Sequence record: NC_041974.1
Length of the DNA stretch: 64,000 nt
Reading direction: 5' to 3' (one strand)
Shown here: positions 37,606 to 50,743 of the stretch, piece after piece
Position numbering within the stretch: the stretch's first letter is position 1
Layout of the letters: every line of letters begins with the position of its first letter
Program-made: the position numbers and the translations under genes
Notes under the pieces: generated by a model
Told to the model about the DNA's origin: nothing
Seen by the model: only the letters and a program-made list of their open reading frames with translations
Databases searched by the model: none

Positions 37606-38991
37606 ATGTCTTTACATCAAAAGCTCCTCTCTGCCGGGCTGGAGGCGTTTGACGCGCCTCCGGCTGCTCCGGTAGTAGCGGCAGTAGTACCTGCTCCATT
37701 TGATAACAACGCCCCGGTTAGCGAAGACCCGGAACTGCTTCGTGAAGAGACCGCTGCCCGTTTAGCGCTCGTGTCGATCATCGAAGCGGAGCGTGACGAA
37801 GAAGACTCGCGGTCTGCGGTTTATGAACTGCGTCGTCTGTCTGATGGTTTGGAAGGGTTGATGGTTGAGATTCAAAACGTCAACAACCCAGAAGAACCGA
37901 CTGAAGACGAAATGGCGATGTTGAAAGCCACCGCCCAGCAAGTACGTAAAGAGCTGCTGGAAGATGGTGAGCAAGAACTCGTCATCAATGTCGAAAACGG
38001 CATTCTGGTTGGTTCACAGGAAGGTCTGGCTGATGCCCTCAGTAATGTGGCGAAGAAGATCGGTTTTGCATTAGGTAATGCAGCGAAAGGTTTACTGAGC
38101 AAAGGCGAGCAGGCGAAAGCGCCGTTGTCTTATAACCGTAAACTGGCAGCTGAACTGAAAGCGAAAATCGATAAGCTCGGCACGACTGAATTTGACTTTA
38201 CCATGCCAGCTGATCTGGTCCGTCAGATTCGTGTGAGCGATACCGGTCCGGTTGATGCACTCAAAGCAGTAGCAGACTTCCCGGCAGCACTTGATGCCTG
38301 GTATCTGACCCCTGCTGATGCAGCAATGAACCTGTTTGAAAAACACGCCAACATCGTGCAGGCGATTGCCGGTAGCAAGACTCTCGAAGAGTTCAATACG
38401 AATTATGCGAAACTGAGCTCACTGGCGCCACCGCTGCCTGCAGGCGCTAAACGCCTTGATCCGATTAACACGCGGGATTATATCTTCGACGTTAATGAAC
38501 ATCACCCAAGTATGGGTCGTGTGGCTCGCTACTATTATGTTGCGCGTCCGGATGTGGGTAAAACGCCTGAAGATAAAGCGCTGGATAATGTCATTGCTTT
38601 GGCGCAGTATTCGACCGGGATCTATCCGTTCGATAAGATCTCTAAACGTAAAGCAACTGATGAGCAGGTGAAGTTCAGTGCGGCTGAAGTCAAAGGCTTG
38701 CTGGATGACATGCTGAAAGCGTGTGACGTGGTTGATAAGTACCTTTCACGTCTTGCAGTCGCCAGCACAATGGATAAGCGCTACAACGCTCTGGTTGATT
38801 TACTCAATAGCGACTTGCGTAAACAAGAGTGGTGTTCCACAGAAGTCAACCGCATGGCACGCGTTGCGTTGATCTCAATGGATGCGTATTATTCATACGG
38901 GTTTGCTTATACCAGTCGTGCTTACGAACTGATGGACGTGATCGTCAAGTTGGTGAAGAAAGCCGTGTATAAATCTGACCTCAGTAAGTAA
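37606..38991 (+). CDS. Inner head paralogue (gp93 family)
   Basis: AGLE|AFD leader; GSQE|G site. Confidence 0.75.
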   Translation: MSLHQKLLSAGLEAFDAPPAAPVVAAVVPAPFDNNAPVSEDPELLREETAARLALVSIIEAERDEEDSRSAVYELRRLSDGLEGLMVEIQNVNNPEEPTEDEMAMLKATAQQVRKELLEDGEQELVINVENGILVGSQEGLADALSNVAKKIGFALGNAAKGLLSKGEQAKAPLSYNRKLAAELKAKIDKLGTTEFDFTMPADLVRQIRVSDTGPVDALKAVADFPAALDAWYLTPADAAMNLFEKHANIVQAIAGSKTLEEFNTNYAKLSSLAPPLPAGAKRLDPINTRDYIFDVNEHHPSMGRVARYYYVARPDVGKTPEDKALDNVIALAQYSTGIYPFDKISKRKATDEQVKFSAAEVKGLLDDMLKACDVVDKYLSRLAVASTMDKRYNALVDLLNSDLRKQEWCSTEVNRMARVALISMDAYYSYGFAYTSRAYELMDVIVKLVKKAVYKSDLSK

Positions 38992-39002
38992 ACGGAGAAA
39001 AC

Positions 39003-40373
39003 ATGTCCGCGATTAATGACTTTCTATTTACTGCGGGCATGGAGGGGTTTAACGACCCCTCCTCTATACCGCCCGTTGGTATAGTTGTGCCCTTTTTTGG
39101 TGTTGAAGAGTTCGCTGAAGCGGATGCTGAACAATCTGTACGTATGACAGAGATGAACCAGCAAGCTGAAGCAATTCAACGTCTGCAACAAACGCTGGTC
39201 TACATCAACGCTCACCGCCCAACCTTTGACCGTGAGAACGCCGCTGTCGTGCAGCAAGCGCTGGGTGAAGTACAGGTACTGATGCCTGACATGGAAGACC
39301 CGGTCACCATCATGGGGTCGCTGGAGCATTATACCCCGGCTTACACCAACCACTTGCTTGCGCACGGTATTGAAGGCATTGGTGATAAGATCCTGAGCGT
39401 GGTCAAGAAGATCATCGAACTCTTGAAGAAAGGTTATGCCTTCTTGAGTAAAGCCATCCAGGCAAAGGGTGTGGTCTTCGGTAAACAGAAGCGCGAACTC
39501 GATGAGCTCAATGCATGGTTTAAAGATCAACGCAAAAGCAACGATAAACCCGCTACCACCACCGGTAATGAACCTAAGGTTGTTACGGTCACTGCCCCGA
39601 CCTATCTGTACACCGTCGACAGTAACAAACCGTTAGCGGCGGATCGCTTAGCAAGCGAAGTGGCGAAGTACAACAAATTCCTGCAGGCCTTCTCGGTTGA
39701 TTTCATCCGGGCGCATATTACCCTGGGTGATCTCTATATTCGCGCGCTGGGCACGCTGGATATTGCCAGTACCAGTAACGAAGAGTTGTTCACCAAGATG
39801 TTTAAGGGTCAGTTTAAATACCAGGCCTCGGGTGCAACGCTGTACACCAAACGCAATGGCGAAATGTGCGATATCGAAACAGTCGGGTTGATTGGTGGGA
39901 TTGGCTTTAAAGCCTCCATCGCGAATATCCTGGTCGCACCGCTTGAGATGACCGCAGACGGCTCTAACCAGCGTAAGTTCTTTAAGCAGATGAACGGGCT
40001 GTATAACTACAGTTTTGTCTCCAAAATAAAAATGGATGGCAGTACGGTGGGTAATACCCCAATCTATGCTTGCAGTCTCGCTGACGCTGAGCGGTTGGTG
40101 AATCAACTTGATATGCTGACCAACTGGATGATTAACAGTCAGCACGACGAAGAGATCCGTGACTTTAATAAACGGGTGACTGAGTGTGTGGATAAGCTGG
40201 CTGATCGTGCTGGTCGTCTGGGTAATGACCGCAGTGATTTTATCACTACTGTGATCAATGCCTTGTCTGGTATCTCCAGTGGTCTGGAAAATGTGTCTCG
40301 TGGCATGAATCAGCAAACGAACACATTGATCAACAACTTGCGTGAGTACGTTACCAAATCCACGAAAGCGTAA
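39003..40373 (+). CDS. Inner head paralogue (gp93 family)
   Basis: AGME|GF leader; GSLE|H and HGIE|G sites; helix ILSVVKKIIELLKK. Confidence 0.75.
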   Translation: MSAINDFLFTAGMEGFNDPSSIPPVGIVVPFFGVEEFAEADAEQSVRMTEMNQQAEAIQRLQQTLVYINAHRPTFDRENAAVVQQALGEVQVLMPDMEDPVTIMGSLEHYTPAYTNHLLAHGIEGIGDKILSVVKKIIELLKKGYAFLSKAIQAKGVVFGKQKRELDELNAWFKDQRKSNDKPATTTGNEPKVVTVTAPTYLYTVDSNKPLAADRLASEVAKYNKFLQAFSVDFIRAHITLGDLYIRALGTLDIASTSNEELFTKMFKGQFKYQASGATLYTKRNGEMCDIETVGLIGGIGFKASIANILVAPLEMTADGSNQRKFFKQMNGLYNYSFVSKIKMDGSTVGNTPIYACSLADAERLVNQLDMLTNWMINSQHDEEIRDFNKRVTECVDKLADRAGRLGNDRSDFITTVINALSGISSGLENVSRGMNQQTNTLINNLREYVTKSTKA

Positions 40374-40391
40374 ATTATTATATGTGTTAAT

Positions 40392-40414
40392 GGCCCTGCA
40401 GGAAACGCGGGGCC
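40392..40414 (+). terminator. Hairpin, possible terminator or processing site
   Basis: GGCCCTGC-aggaaac-GCGGGGCC followed by TTATCAC. Confidence 0.5.
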
Positions 40415-40466
40415 TTATCACAATACGATCGTATTTAATTTCATGAAATTAAGGTAGAGACTCACT

Positions 40467-41822
40467 ATGTCTATTCAAGCATTTTTAAACCTCGGCGCCG
40501 AGGCTTTCGAAGACGCACCGGTAGTTGAAGAAGCACCGGTTGTGGTTGTTGCACCAGTGCCAGAAGAAGTGATCGAGCTGATTGCCGAGCGTGATGATTC
40601 GAACATCGCCCTGGCCATTGCTCAGGATGCGGCGGCAATGTCTGCTGCCGAGCGTCAGGTGGAAGAGTTTGCTTCCGCAATCGAGCGCGTTGAAAATGTC
40701 CAGGCATCAATGGAACACTTTATCGAAGCGGGCCTGTCACAGAAATCAGCAATGATGCTGCATCGCCAGATCACAACTGTCATGGCATCTGTCGGCAAGG
40801 ATGGCGCTGCCATCGGTGGCGGTCTGGAAAACTTCGACAACGAAGAAGCCAGCATTGCACTGCTGACCGCTGGTCTGGAAGCACTGGATGCCGAGAAAGC
40901 CGATCTGTCCTCCCGTGCCGGTGCATCCATTGCCGGTATCGCTGGTAACATTAAAAGCTTTCTGGGCAACATCAGTACTCAGGCCGGTCGTTATAAACTG
41001 CGTGCTGAAGCGATCGTTAAATCTGCTGACGGCGCTGAAGCCAAGTCCGGTACTGTTGAAGTAAAAGATAAACACCTGGTTGTAAAAGGTGGCAATCCAT
41101 CAACTAACCTGAAAGGCGATCTGGGTAACTTCAGCAAGCTGGTTGGTGCGGCAATCGCTACCTTCATCGAAGGCGATATCGTTAAAGAAGGCAGCGCTCT
41201 GGCAAAAGCTGGCGAGACCATCATTAAAGCGACTACCGCTGATGTGGCAGTGAAAGCTGCAATGGGTGTGAAACACAATCCATTCCCGGGCGCAACCATC
41301 GCAGTGCAGGACAAAGACACCTTCAGTATCAAACGTACTGAAGTGGTTCTCGGCGGCTATGCGGTATTCGATCTGCAATATAAAGCCACCGGCGGCGAAG
41401 GTGCTGAAGCAGCTGTTGCGCATCTGAATGCACTGAGCAAAAACCGCGTTACTCTTCGTCAGGCTCCAGTTGAAGCTGGTAGCGAGAAAGTATTCTCTGC
41501 CACTATGTCTCCGGCCGATGGCGCAGCACTGGCGAAAGATGTTATCGCAATGCTGGACAACATCACAGCGGTCAATAACCGTAGCCTGGGTGCGGTAAGT
41601 GGCGCACTGGCCCGTCTGGGTACCAGCGCTGTGTTGAAAGGCGCTGTGGCGAAAGACGCAGACAAAGACGTGAAGAAAATTGCTGGCGCCATGGGTAAAA
41701 CCCTGGTTGGTTCTATCCAGGCTGTTAACAGTCTGCCACGCGATGCCCTGAGCGCTGCGCTGAAAGTGTCTGATGCTGTACTGAAAGTTGCTAAGAAAGC
41801 TGCTGCAGGTCAAGTAGACTAA
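40467..41822 (+). CDS. Abundant inner head paralogue (gp93 family)
   Basis: LGAE|AFE leader; ASME|H, GGLE|N, AGLE|A sites; strongly biased codons. Confidence 0.8.
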   Translation: MSIQAFLNLGAEAFEDAPVVEEAPVVVVAPVPEEVIELIAERDDSNIALAIAQDAAAMSAAERQVEEFASAIERVENVQASMEHFIEAGLSQKSAMMLHRQITTVMASVGKDGAAIGGGLENFDNEEASIALLTAGLEALDAEKADLSSRAGASIAGIAGNIKSFLGNISTQAGRYKLRAEAIVKSADGAEAKSGTVEVKDKHLVVKGGNPSTNLKGDLGNFSKLVGAAIATFIEGDIVKEGSALAKAGETIIKATTADVAVKAAMGVKHNPFPGATIAVQDKDTFSIKRTEVVLGGYAVFDLQYKATGGEGAEAAVAHLNALSKNRVTLRQAPVEAGSEKVFSATMSPADGAALAKDVIAMLDNITAVNNRSLGAVSGALARLGTSAVLKGAVAKDADKDVKKIAGAMGKTLVGSIQAVNSLPRDALSAALKVSDAVLKVAKKAAAGQVD

Positions 41823-41843
41823 TCGAGTAACTTGATAACCTTA

Positions 41844-41876
41844 GGGGGAGAGGGGTTTCCCTCTCCTCTTATACCG
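41844..41876 (+). terminator. Hairpin followed by TTATACCG
   Basis: GGGGAGAGGG-gttt-CCCTCTCCTC TTATACCG. Confidence 0.7.
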
Positions 41877-41893
41877 ACCAAGAAGGTGAATGC

Positions 41894-44236
41894 ATGTCAA
41901 CCATGACAGAACTGGGTCCGTCACAAGGCACACTCCTTGCCGATGAGAAAGCAGTACACGATGACGCGGCCACCGAAGCCACCGAAGTTGCACTCCACGT
42001 ATTAAAGAAGATTGGTAAGAAGAAAGAGAAAGATGACGAGGATGAAGAGGTCGTGCTCTCCTTTGGTAGCGAAGGCTATGCCATGCTCACCAGTATGTCA
42101 TTTGATCTGACTGAGAACACCGATCTGGCCGTACAGGAACTCCTGGATAAGATCACCACCATCGTCATTGAAGCAAATGGCAATCTCACGCAGAAAGATC
42201 TGGAGAAGATCAAGAGCGTGGGGAATGAGTCGTTATTAGGCGATGGGAATGAAGACTATAAAGAAGTCGTCACCATGGTCATGAAACGGATCATGCAATT
42301 CATTCGCTGGGCGATCAACCAGGGTAAGCAAGGGATCAAACGGGTTGCTGACCGCTTGAGTCGTCTGAGCGTGAAGACGATGTATGTTGAGCGTAAGATC
42401 GATATCTCCACTGACAACTCATTGCCGACTGACAAGTTTGTGTTACCGCGCAGCTATCCAATGCTGATGATGGTGAACAAACCACCGGCCAATGCCATGG
42501 AAGTGATTAACGCCGTCAACCGCACCAAGTATCTCTTCACCACGCTACATAACGACTACCAAGGCTTCCAGGCGTTGTTTAAGGCAGCGGTAGCCACTGG
42601 CTCTCGGGCTGACACCTTAGAGATGATCAACAACTATCTCAACGGGTTGATCAGTAAGCTCTCAGCACGCCCTAACCCACTGTTCGATAACCGCAATACC
42701 TTTAACCAGTTACCGGGTGGGTATCGTCTGGTGTTCTCAGAAGGTCAGTCGTTTGCGGATTGTGGGGCAACGATCCTGCGTACGCCGGAGAAATACGAAG
42801 CCGCACCGGCGGTTCAGCGTCCAGATAAAGCGAGTCTGGTACGGTTGGTCAGTGAGATCAAAACCTACCTGCGGGTGATTAACGAAGTCTACGGTAAAGT
42901 CTCCAGTCGGTTGGAGGTTGATTTCCGTAACATCGTGAAAGCCGCTGAGAAAGAAGTGAAGGGGTTTGATTCAACAGCAGATATCCGCACTGCCTCGACC
43001 ACCATCGAATGGTTCACCGAACAGCAGTCACGCCTGTATACCCGCTCAATGATGCTCTCTTGTACGGTATTGAATGCCGCGCTTGATTACTGTCTGGGTG
43101 CCATTGGGGCGAAACCGGCTGTCGGGACCGAAAGCTTTGATATCCTTGATACCTCATCAATGGGTTATGCGATCGAGTCGCTGGGCGAGCAAATGGAACG
43201 GCTTGACGCTGGCTTGTGTGAACTGGAGATCGATGCCCGTACTATGCAGTCGATTACCGATGTCAAAGAGATGGTAGATGTCGATAACGATCACGTCATC
43301 CAGCTTCTGATGCAACAGCGCCCAAGCAGCTATTTCAATCCACCGGATGGACTGTCAGAGTACTCGCTGGGTGATGCCTTTAACGGCAGTGCTACGGCAC
43401 GTTATATTGGCAGGCGTTTAACCAGTATCGTTAACCTCACGAATCAGCTCTCAGGCACCACGGATTTGATGAAAGGGTTATTGGCTGAAATGCCAACGGG
43501 TGAGATCAAGCCAGGCAGTGATGCGGATGTAATCGAGCGTAACTCGTTGCTTGACCGGGAGATGTTTGAAGGTCATCCCCTGTGTGCGTTCCTGCATCGG
43601 GTAGACCGGGAAGGTATCTACGCCACCGATGTGATTCGCTATGTTACTGACACCTATGAGAAACTGCGTCAAGTGCGCACGACTCTGGCGGTTCAGGCTG
43701 AGCAGATGACACTAACAGTGGCTGATGGTGAGATGAACGTGAGCTTGTTGAAAGAGTTCCTGTTTAACGCCCCTCAGGAGCCCTTCACGGACAGCGTACT
43801 CTGTGGTGGATTCAGACTACAACCTGTAGCAGAAAAGCTCGGAGAACTCGTTATACACGGTGCTGTGATGGATTCCCCTCCACCACTGAAACCGATGACG
43901 ACTATCCATCGCCCAAGCTACGACGAGTATAATGGTGTCAACCAGCTGGCAAGCCTGTTCGGTAATGAACTGCGGGAACTGGCTAAGATCGCAGAGCGGC
44001 TACAAATCGGCACAGGGTATTTGCGCTACATCACAACCTCAGTAGCGGACAACCTCAATGAGGATGGCTTGAAAGGGGGTGGTGATGGTTGGTTCAATAC
44101 TGCACTTGAGTACTTGGCGGTGTCAGCACGCCAGTATCGCTGGATGTATCGCCTAACTGTTCAGTTGGCGGTGTATGAACACACCATGATCAATGCCCTG
44201 CGTCACTACAACAACTCAGGAGGCTGGCATGACTGA
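41894..44236 (+). CDS. Large inner head paralogue (phiKZ gp97-like), apparently two modules
   Basis: 780 aa; FGSE|G and VGNE|S near the N-terminus, second VGTE|SFD and AIE|S cluster mid-protein. Confidence 0.75.
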   Translation: MSTMTELGPSQGTLLADEKAVHDDAATEATEVALHVLKKIGKKKEKDDEDEEVVLSFGSEGYAMLTSMSFDLTENTDLAVQELLDKITTIVIEANGNLTQKDLEKIKSVGNESLLGDGNEDYKEVVTMVMKRIMQFIRWAINQGKQGIKRVADRLSRLSVKTMYVERKIDISTDNSLPTDKFVLPRSYPMLMMVNKPPANAMEVINAVNRTKYLFTTLHNDYQGFQALFKAAVATGSRADTLEMINNYLNGLISKLSARPNPLFDNRNTFNQLPGGYRLVFSEGQSFADCGATILRTPEKYEAAPAVQRPDKASLVRLVSEIKTYLRVINEVYGKVSSRLEVDFRNIVKAAEKEVKGFDSTADIRTASTTIEWFTEQQSRLYTRSMMLSCTVLNAALDYCLGAIGAKPAVGTESFDILDTSSMGYAIESLGEQMERLDAGLCELEIDARTMQSITDVKEMVDVDNDHVIQLLMQQRPSSYFNPPDGLSEYSLGDAFNGSATARYIGRRLTSIVNLTNQLSGTTDLMKGLLAEMPTGEIKPGSDADVIERNSLLDREMFEGHPLCAFLHRVDREGIYATDVIRYVTDTYEKLRQVRTTLAVQAEQMTLTVADGEMNVSLLKEFLFNAPQEPFTDSVLCGGFRLQPVAEKLGELVIHGAVMDSPPPLKPMTTIHRPSYDEYNGVNQLASLFGNELRELAKIAERLQIGTGYLRYITTSVADNLNEDGLKGGGDGWFNTALEYLAVSARQYRWMYRLTVQLAVYEHTMINALRHYNNSGGWHD

Positions 44237-44576
44237 TAACAGTAACAAGGCGTTGTATAATGCAGCGCGCTTGCCTGTTCTTTACGAGTACCCGCATGAC
44301 TTCACCCCGTATGCCCGTTTACTGGCTAACGAGAAGCAAGGCGCACAACCTTCGCAGGCGTTTGCTGAGATGCTGGCTAAGGTAACGGGTGATCCCTGGA
44401 CACTGACCCCTAAGCAACCGTATACCCTGTACGGTGCCAAGGTGACGTTGATTGGTGAGAACCAGCCCAACTTCCCAACCAGTAAACGGTTTCCTTACGT
44501 CCTGGTGTTGCAGTTGAGTACCAGGTATCAAGAACGCAAGTTATACCTGAGCTTTAAGATCTTGAAATCGAGCTGA
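44229..44576 (+). CDS. Small putative virion structural protein
   Basis: RBS AGGAGG before ATG 44229; 8-nt overlap with upstream gene. Confidence 0.65.
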   Translation: MTDNSNKALYNAARLPVLYEYPHDFTPYARLLANEKQGAQPSQAFAEMLAKVTGDPWTLTPKQPYTLYGAKVTLIGENQPNFPTSKRFPYVLVLQLSTRYQERKLYLSFKILKSS

Positions 44577-44619
44577 GCATAAGGAGAGGGCAAACGCCCT
44601 CTCCTCTATGCCGTTATGC
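44577..44619. terminator. Bidirectional terminator with GCATAA/CTATGCCG flanks
   Basis: GCATA-AGGAGAGGGC-aaac-GCCCTCTCCT-CTATGCCG-TTATGC. Confidence 0.8.
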
Positions 44620-45315
44620 TTGTGGTGCTTCGCCACTGCCATCAGCTGGCGTGGTTTCATCTTCACTGAACGTATTGGGAATACGAGGCAGATCACCAAT
44701 CACAGTTGCGGAGGTTACCGCGTTCTTGAAAGTCCAGTAACGCTCAAGGTACGCATTATAAGACTCCAGCAGACGCTCAACCACGTCGATCACTTCAACC
44801 GGTAAGAGTTCAACCATTTGACCGTCAACAGTACGCAGACGAAATTTGGTTTCATCGGAGGCCCCGACGCGTTTCTCACCGACCACACGCATGCCCATCA
44901 GGTTAGCGCGTTCTTCAGCAGTCATCACCACTTTATAGTCTGTGCTTTCATGAGTAAATGCAATGCCGTTGTTAAGATCATTACTGATGATCTCTTTGGC
45001 ACTTTGCAGTGACATGTCTTTACCCATTGCCAGGTTGGCTGCGAGCTCTTCTTCATTATAAGCCCGCACATCCCAGAATTGGTAATAAAGACCGTCATCA
45101 CCTTTAACCGGTGTACCTTCGGTCACCACATCGCCATCCGGTCGATCAACCATGTTGACCATGGCGTAAGGACGAGGAAGGTTCAGCAGCTTCTCAGACT
45201 CGATGGTGCTACCCCAGCTGGTCTGCATGTTGTCCTGACGGGCATCATACATGTACTTCGGGTAAGCCATATCCTCGATACGGACGAGGGGTGTAGAATT
45301 CGTTACTGTAGTCAT
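44614..45315 (-). CDS. Tail fibre assembly chaperone-like protein (DUF4376-like C-terminus)
   Basis: Downstream of fibre; EGTPVKGDDGLYYQFWDVR; C-terminal EERANLMG...FRLRTVDGQMVEL pattern. Confidence 0.65.
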   Translation of the reverse strand: MTTVTNSTPLVRIEDMAYPKYMYDARQDNMQTSWGSTIESEKLLNLPRPYAMVNMVDRPDGDVVTEGTPVKGDDGLYYQFWDVRAYNEEELAANLAMGKDMSLQSAKEIISNDLNNGIAFTHESTDYKVVMTAEERANLMGMRVVGEKRVGASDETKFRLRTVDGQMVELLPVEVIDVVERLLESYNAYLERYWTFKNAVTSATVIGDLPRIPNTFSEDETTPADGSGEAPQA

Positions 45316-45363
45316 TACGACTCCTTGAAGAATGCTGGGGCTTTCACCCCAGCACAGACGCCG

Positions 45364-48462
<3,099 letters not shown>

Positions 48463-48521
48463 TACAAACCTCTTTTAGTAACTATATTGCTGTTTAGTGT
48501 AAACGGGTTCACACTCGTGTG

Positions 48522-49055
48522 TTATGCCACGCTTTCAAGCTTCAGTGGCTGGCCGTCTTCAGTTGTGAGCCATTGACCACTTTCAGTCAGCAGGACAGGC
48601 TGCTGCGTCGCACCGGTGTTAATCAGCACCGCAAGGGTACCTTCATAGACGAGGCTACCTTGGAAGACGATGTCGTGCATGATACGACCTTCGCTGTCCG
48701 TGTTGTTCGCGTCAATGGTGCGATCTGAAATGTCATTGGCTGTGACCTGCAAGCCGTAACGACCGTTTAACGTCGCCAGCAGATCTTTAGTTGTGGATGG
48801 AGTACTAACAGTGAGTTCTGGAACAATGCCAAAAAACAACGTCGATACCTTGAGTCGGTCGAGGTTGACGATATTGCTCCCAACGTACCCTTTGTCAGCT
48901 ACAGCAATAACAGGGATGTCGGTATCGCGTTTACCCGCTCCTGTCACTGGCGTAGGGACACCAAAGTTAATTTGATCAGCCTGGATAGTAAGATTATTAT
49001 CCTGGTTAATTTGATCAACGATGATTTGGGCCGATGGCTGATTCAGGATGGTCAT
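48522..49055 (-). CDS. Putative virion structural protein (jumbo-phage fibre-attachment type)
   Basis: IIVDQINQDN...YVGSNIVNLDRL...LLATLNGRYGL; C-terminal LLTESGQWLTTEDGQPL. Confidence 0.65.
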   Translation of the reverse strand: MTILNQPSAQIIVDQINQDNNLTIQADQINFGVPTPVTGAGKRDTDIPVIAVADKGYVGSNIVNLDRLKVSTLFFGIVPELTVSTPSTTKDLLATLNGRYGLQVTANDISDRTIDANNTDSEGRIMHDIVFQGSLVYEGTLAVLINTGATQQPVLLTESGQWLTTEDGQPLKLESVA

Positions 49056-49186
49056 ACTTTTCTCCCGTAAGCGCCGTTTCTGATGATCATATAATAATTT
49101 CTTTTCTACAAAACTAACCTAATCAAATAGGTATTCTGTGGTGAAATCGTATAGACATTAAAAGAAAGGGGATTGAGGATTACATC

Positions 49187-50743
49187 ATGCCCATTGTGAC
49201 TGAAGCTACACCTGAGCAACACAAGTCGATTATTCGCCCGGTGGTCATTGAAGTCGTCAACCAGATTCTGCCTGTCATGCGCTTAAGTAATGACGACGAA
49301 TTGATCTTCAATGGTTTTGCGGATATTGCCATGTTGTCAAATTCCATGATCGGTGTGAACCGTAACCCTGACTCGCCCATTCGTCCACCGGGTCCAAGTC
49401 AGATCATGGTTAATATCGAGGAGAGTGCAACCAGCACCACCTCACCTGAGATGGCGGTACTTTATCCTGAGAACCGGTTTATCATGCGTGATGCTCGCCT
49501 GGGGATTGGTGTCCGTCCGGTTCGTAAACGCACCTTACTCAACATCACCTTTAATAAACGTTTCCGCTCCAAAGCCGCCGCTGACCGCTGGCATTCCAAC
49601 ATGGAACAGCTGATGGCCCGTTATGTGCAGGATTATATCCACACCCTGGATTATCACTACAACATCCCTGACGGTATGCTGGTGATGCTCAGTGAGTTCT
49701 GGAAGCTGCGTGAAGCACAAGCGCCGTATAACCAGAACTTCGGTGAATGGCTCTCCTCGTGCATGGCGCCGTACCAGACGGTCACCACTAACCAGGCGGG
49801 TAAACAAGCACAGTTGTCATTTGCTGAATCGTTAGATAACGTGCAGGGGTGGTGGGATTTCGATGTGGTGCCCTACCCGGTCCGTGAGAACACCCGTGGG
49901 AACTGGCAAGTCACCTTCGATTACAAAGTCGAATTTGATAAGGTAATTGAATTGGTGATGAACTACCCGATCATCATTCATAACCAGATGCTTCCCCCGG
50001 AGATGATCCCTCAGCCACGCCTACCGAGCTATCGCAACAAGGTATATCAGAAGAACGCGATGATGTATCGGGCCGAAGCCGTACAGCAGGAAGTAGAGCC
50101 AGCAAACTACAGCTTGCGTGATTACCTGTGCTACCCGGTGTACGATGACTGGATACCGGAATACATCCCGCCGTATCAGATCGTGCAATACACTGCCCAG
50201 CTTGCTGTTGATCCGGCTGACCTGCGGTTGGTGGTTAACTTAAAAGAGTTGGGGGATTATGAGTTCACGGGAGCGGCACTGGAGTACTTGCGCTATGTGA
50301 AGAACCGGGCTTTCGTCAATACCCGTTCGGTGATTCAGCTGAAGGTGTATGAAGAGGATGTGCTGATCGATTCGGAGAAGCTCACCTTGGACAGTAACCT
50401 GGATGTGCACTGTGCCTTTGATCTGAACCTGCGTAAATCTTACCACATCATGGTCACCATCGACTCCGACCTGGCAAAACTGTCTGAACAGACCGTCAGT
50501 GAGTTAAAAGAAGATGGCTGGTTTACTGAGAATGTCTTGCAGGTGATCTACCCGCAGTATCTCAATACCCCGGTTTGGCCAAAACCCAATGACCGGGGGA
50601 CGATCTCTGATCTTGCCTGGGATCGGTTTGTGGCGGCACTCTACCCGACCAACCAGTGGTACCGCAAGCCGGACATCGCCCAGCTAACGATTGGACAGTT
50701 TACCATTCTTGCTAAGAAGAGAAACGATCATGGCTATCGCTAA
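49187..50743 (+). CDS. Virion structural protein (phiKZ gp99-like; tail-terminator/neck candidate)
   Basis: 518 aa, RBS GAGGA; synteny. Confidence 0.65.
   Translation: MPIVTEATPEQHKSIIRPVVIEVVNQILPVMRLSNDDELIFNGFADIAMLSNSMIGVNRNPDSPIRPPGPSQIMVNIEESATSTTSPEMAVLYPENRFIMRDARLGIGVRPVRKRTLLNITFNKRFRSKAAADRWHSNMEQLMARYVQDYIHTLDYHYNIPDGMLVMLSEFWKLREAQAPYNQNFGEWLSSCMAPYQTVTTNQAGKQAQLSFAESLDNVQGWWDFDVVPYPVRENTRGNWQVTFDYKVEFDKVIELVMNYPIIIHNQMLPPEMIPQPRLPSYRNKVYQKNAMMYRAEAVQQEVEPANYSLRDYLCYPVYDDWIPEYIPPYQIVQYTAQLAVDPADLRLVVNLKELGDYEFTGAALEYLRYVKNRAFVNTRSVIQLKVYEEDVLIDSEKLTLDSNLDVHCAFDLNLRKSYHIMVTIDSDLAKLSEQTVSELKEDGWFTENVLQVIYPQYLNTPVWPKPNDRGTISDLAWDRFVAALYPTNQWYRKPDIAQLTIGQFTILAKKRNDHGYR

Noticed and set aside
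39648-41813. Long antisense ORFs (257 aa, 237 aa and others) over inner-head genes
   Set aside because: Produced by RNY codon bias of the sense genes; no RBS or motifs
48463-48521. Possible readthrough from the anchor gene into the collagen fibre
   Set aside because: The 59-nt gap is out of frame and the fibre has its own AGAGG RBS
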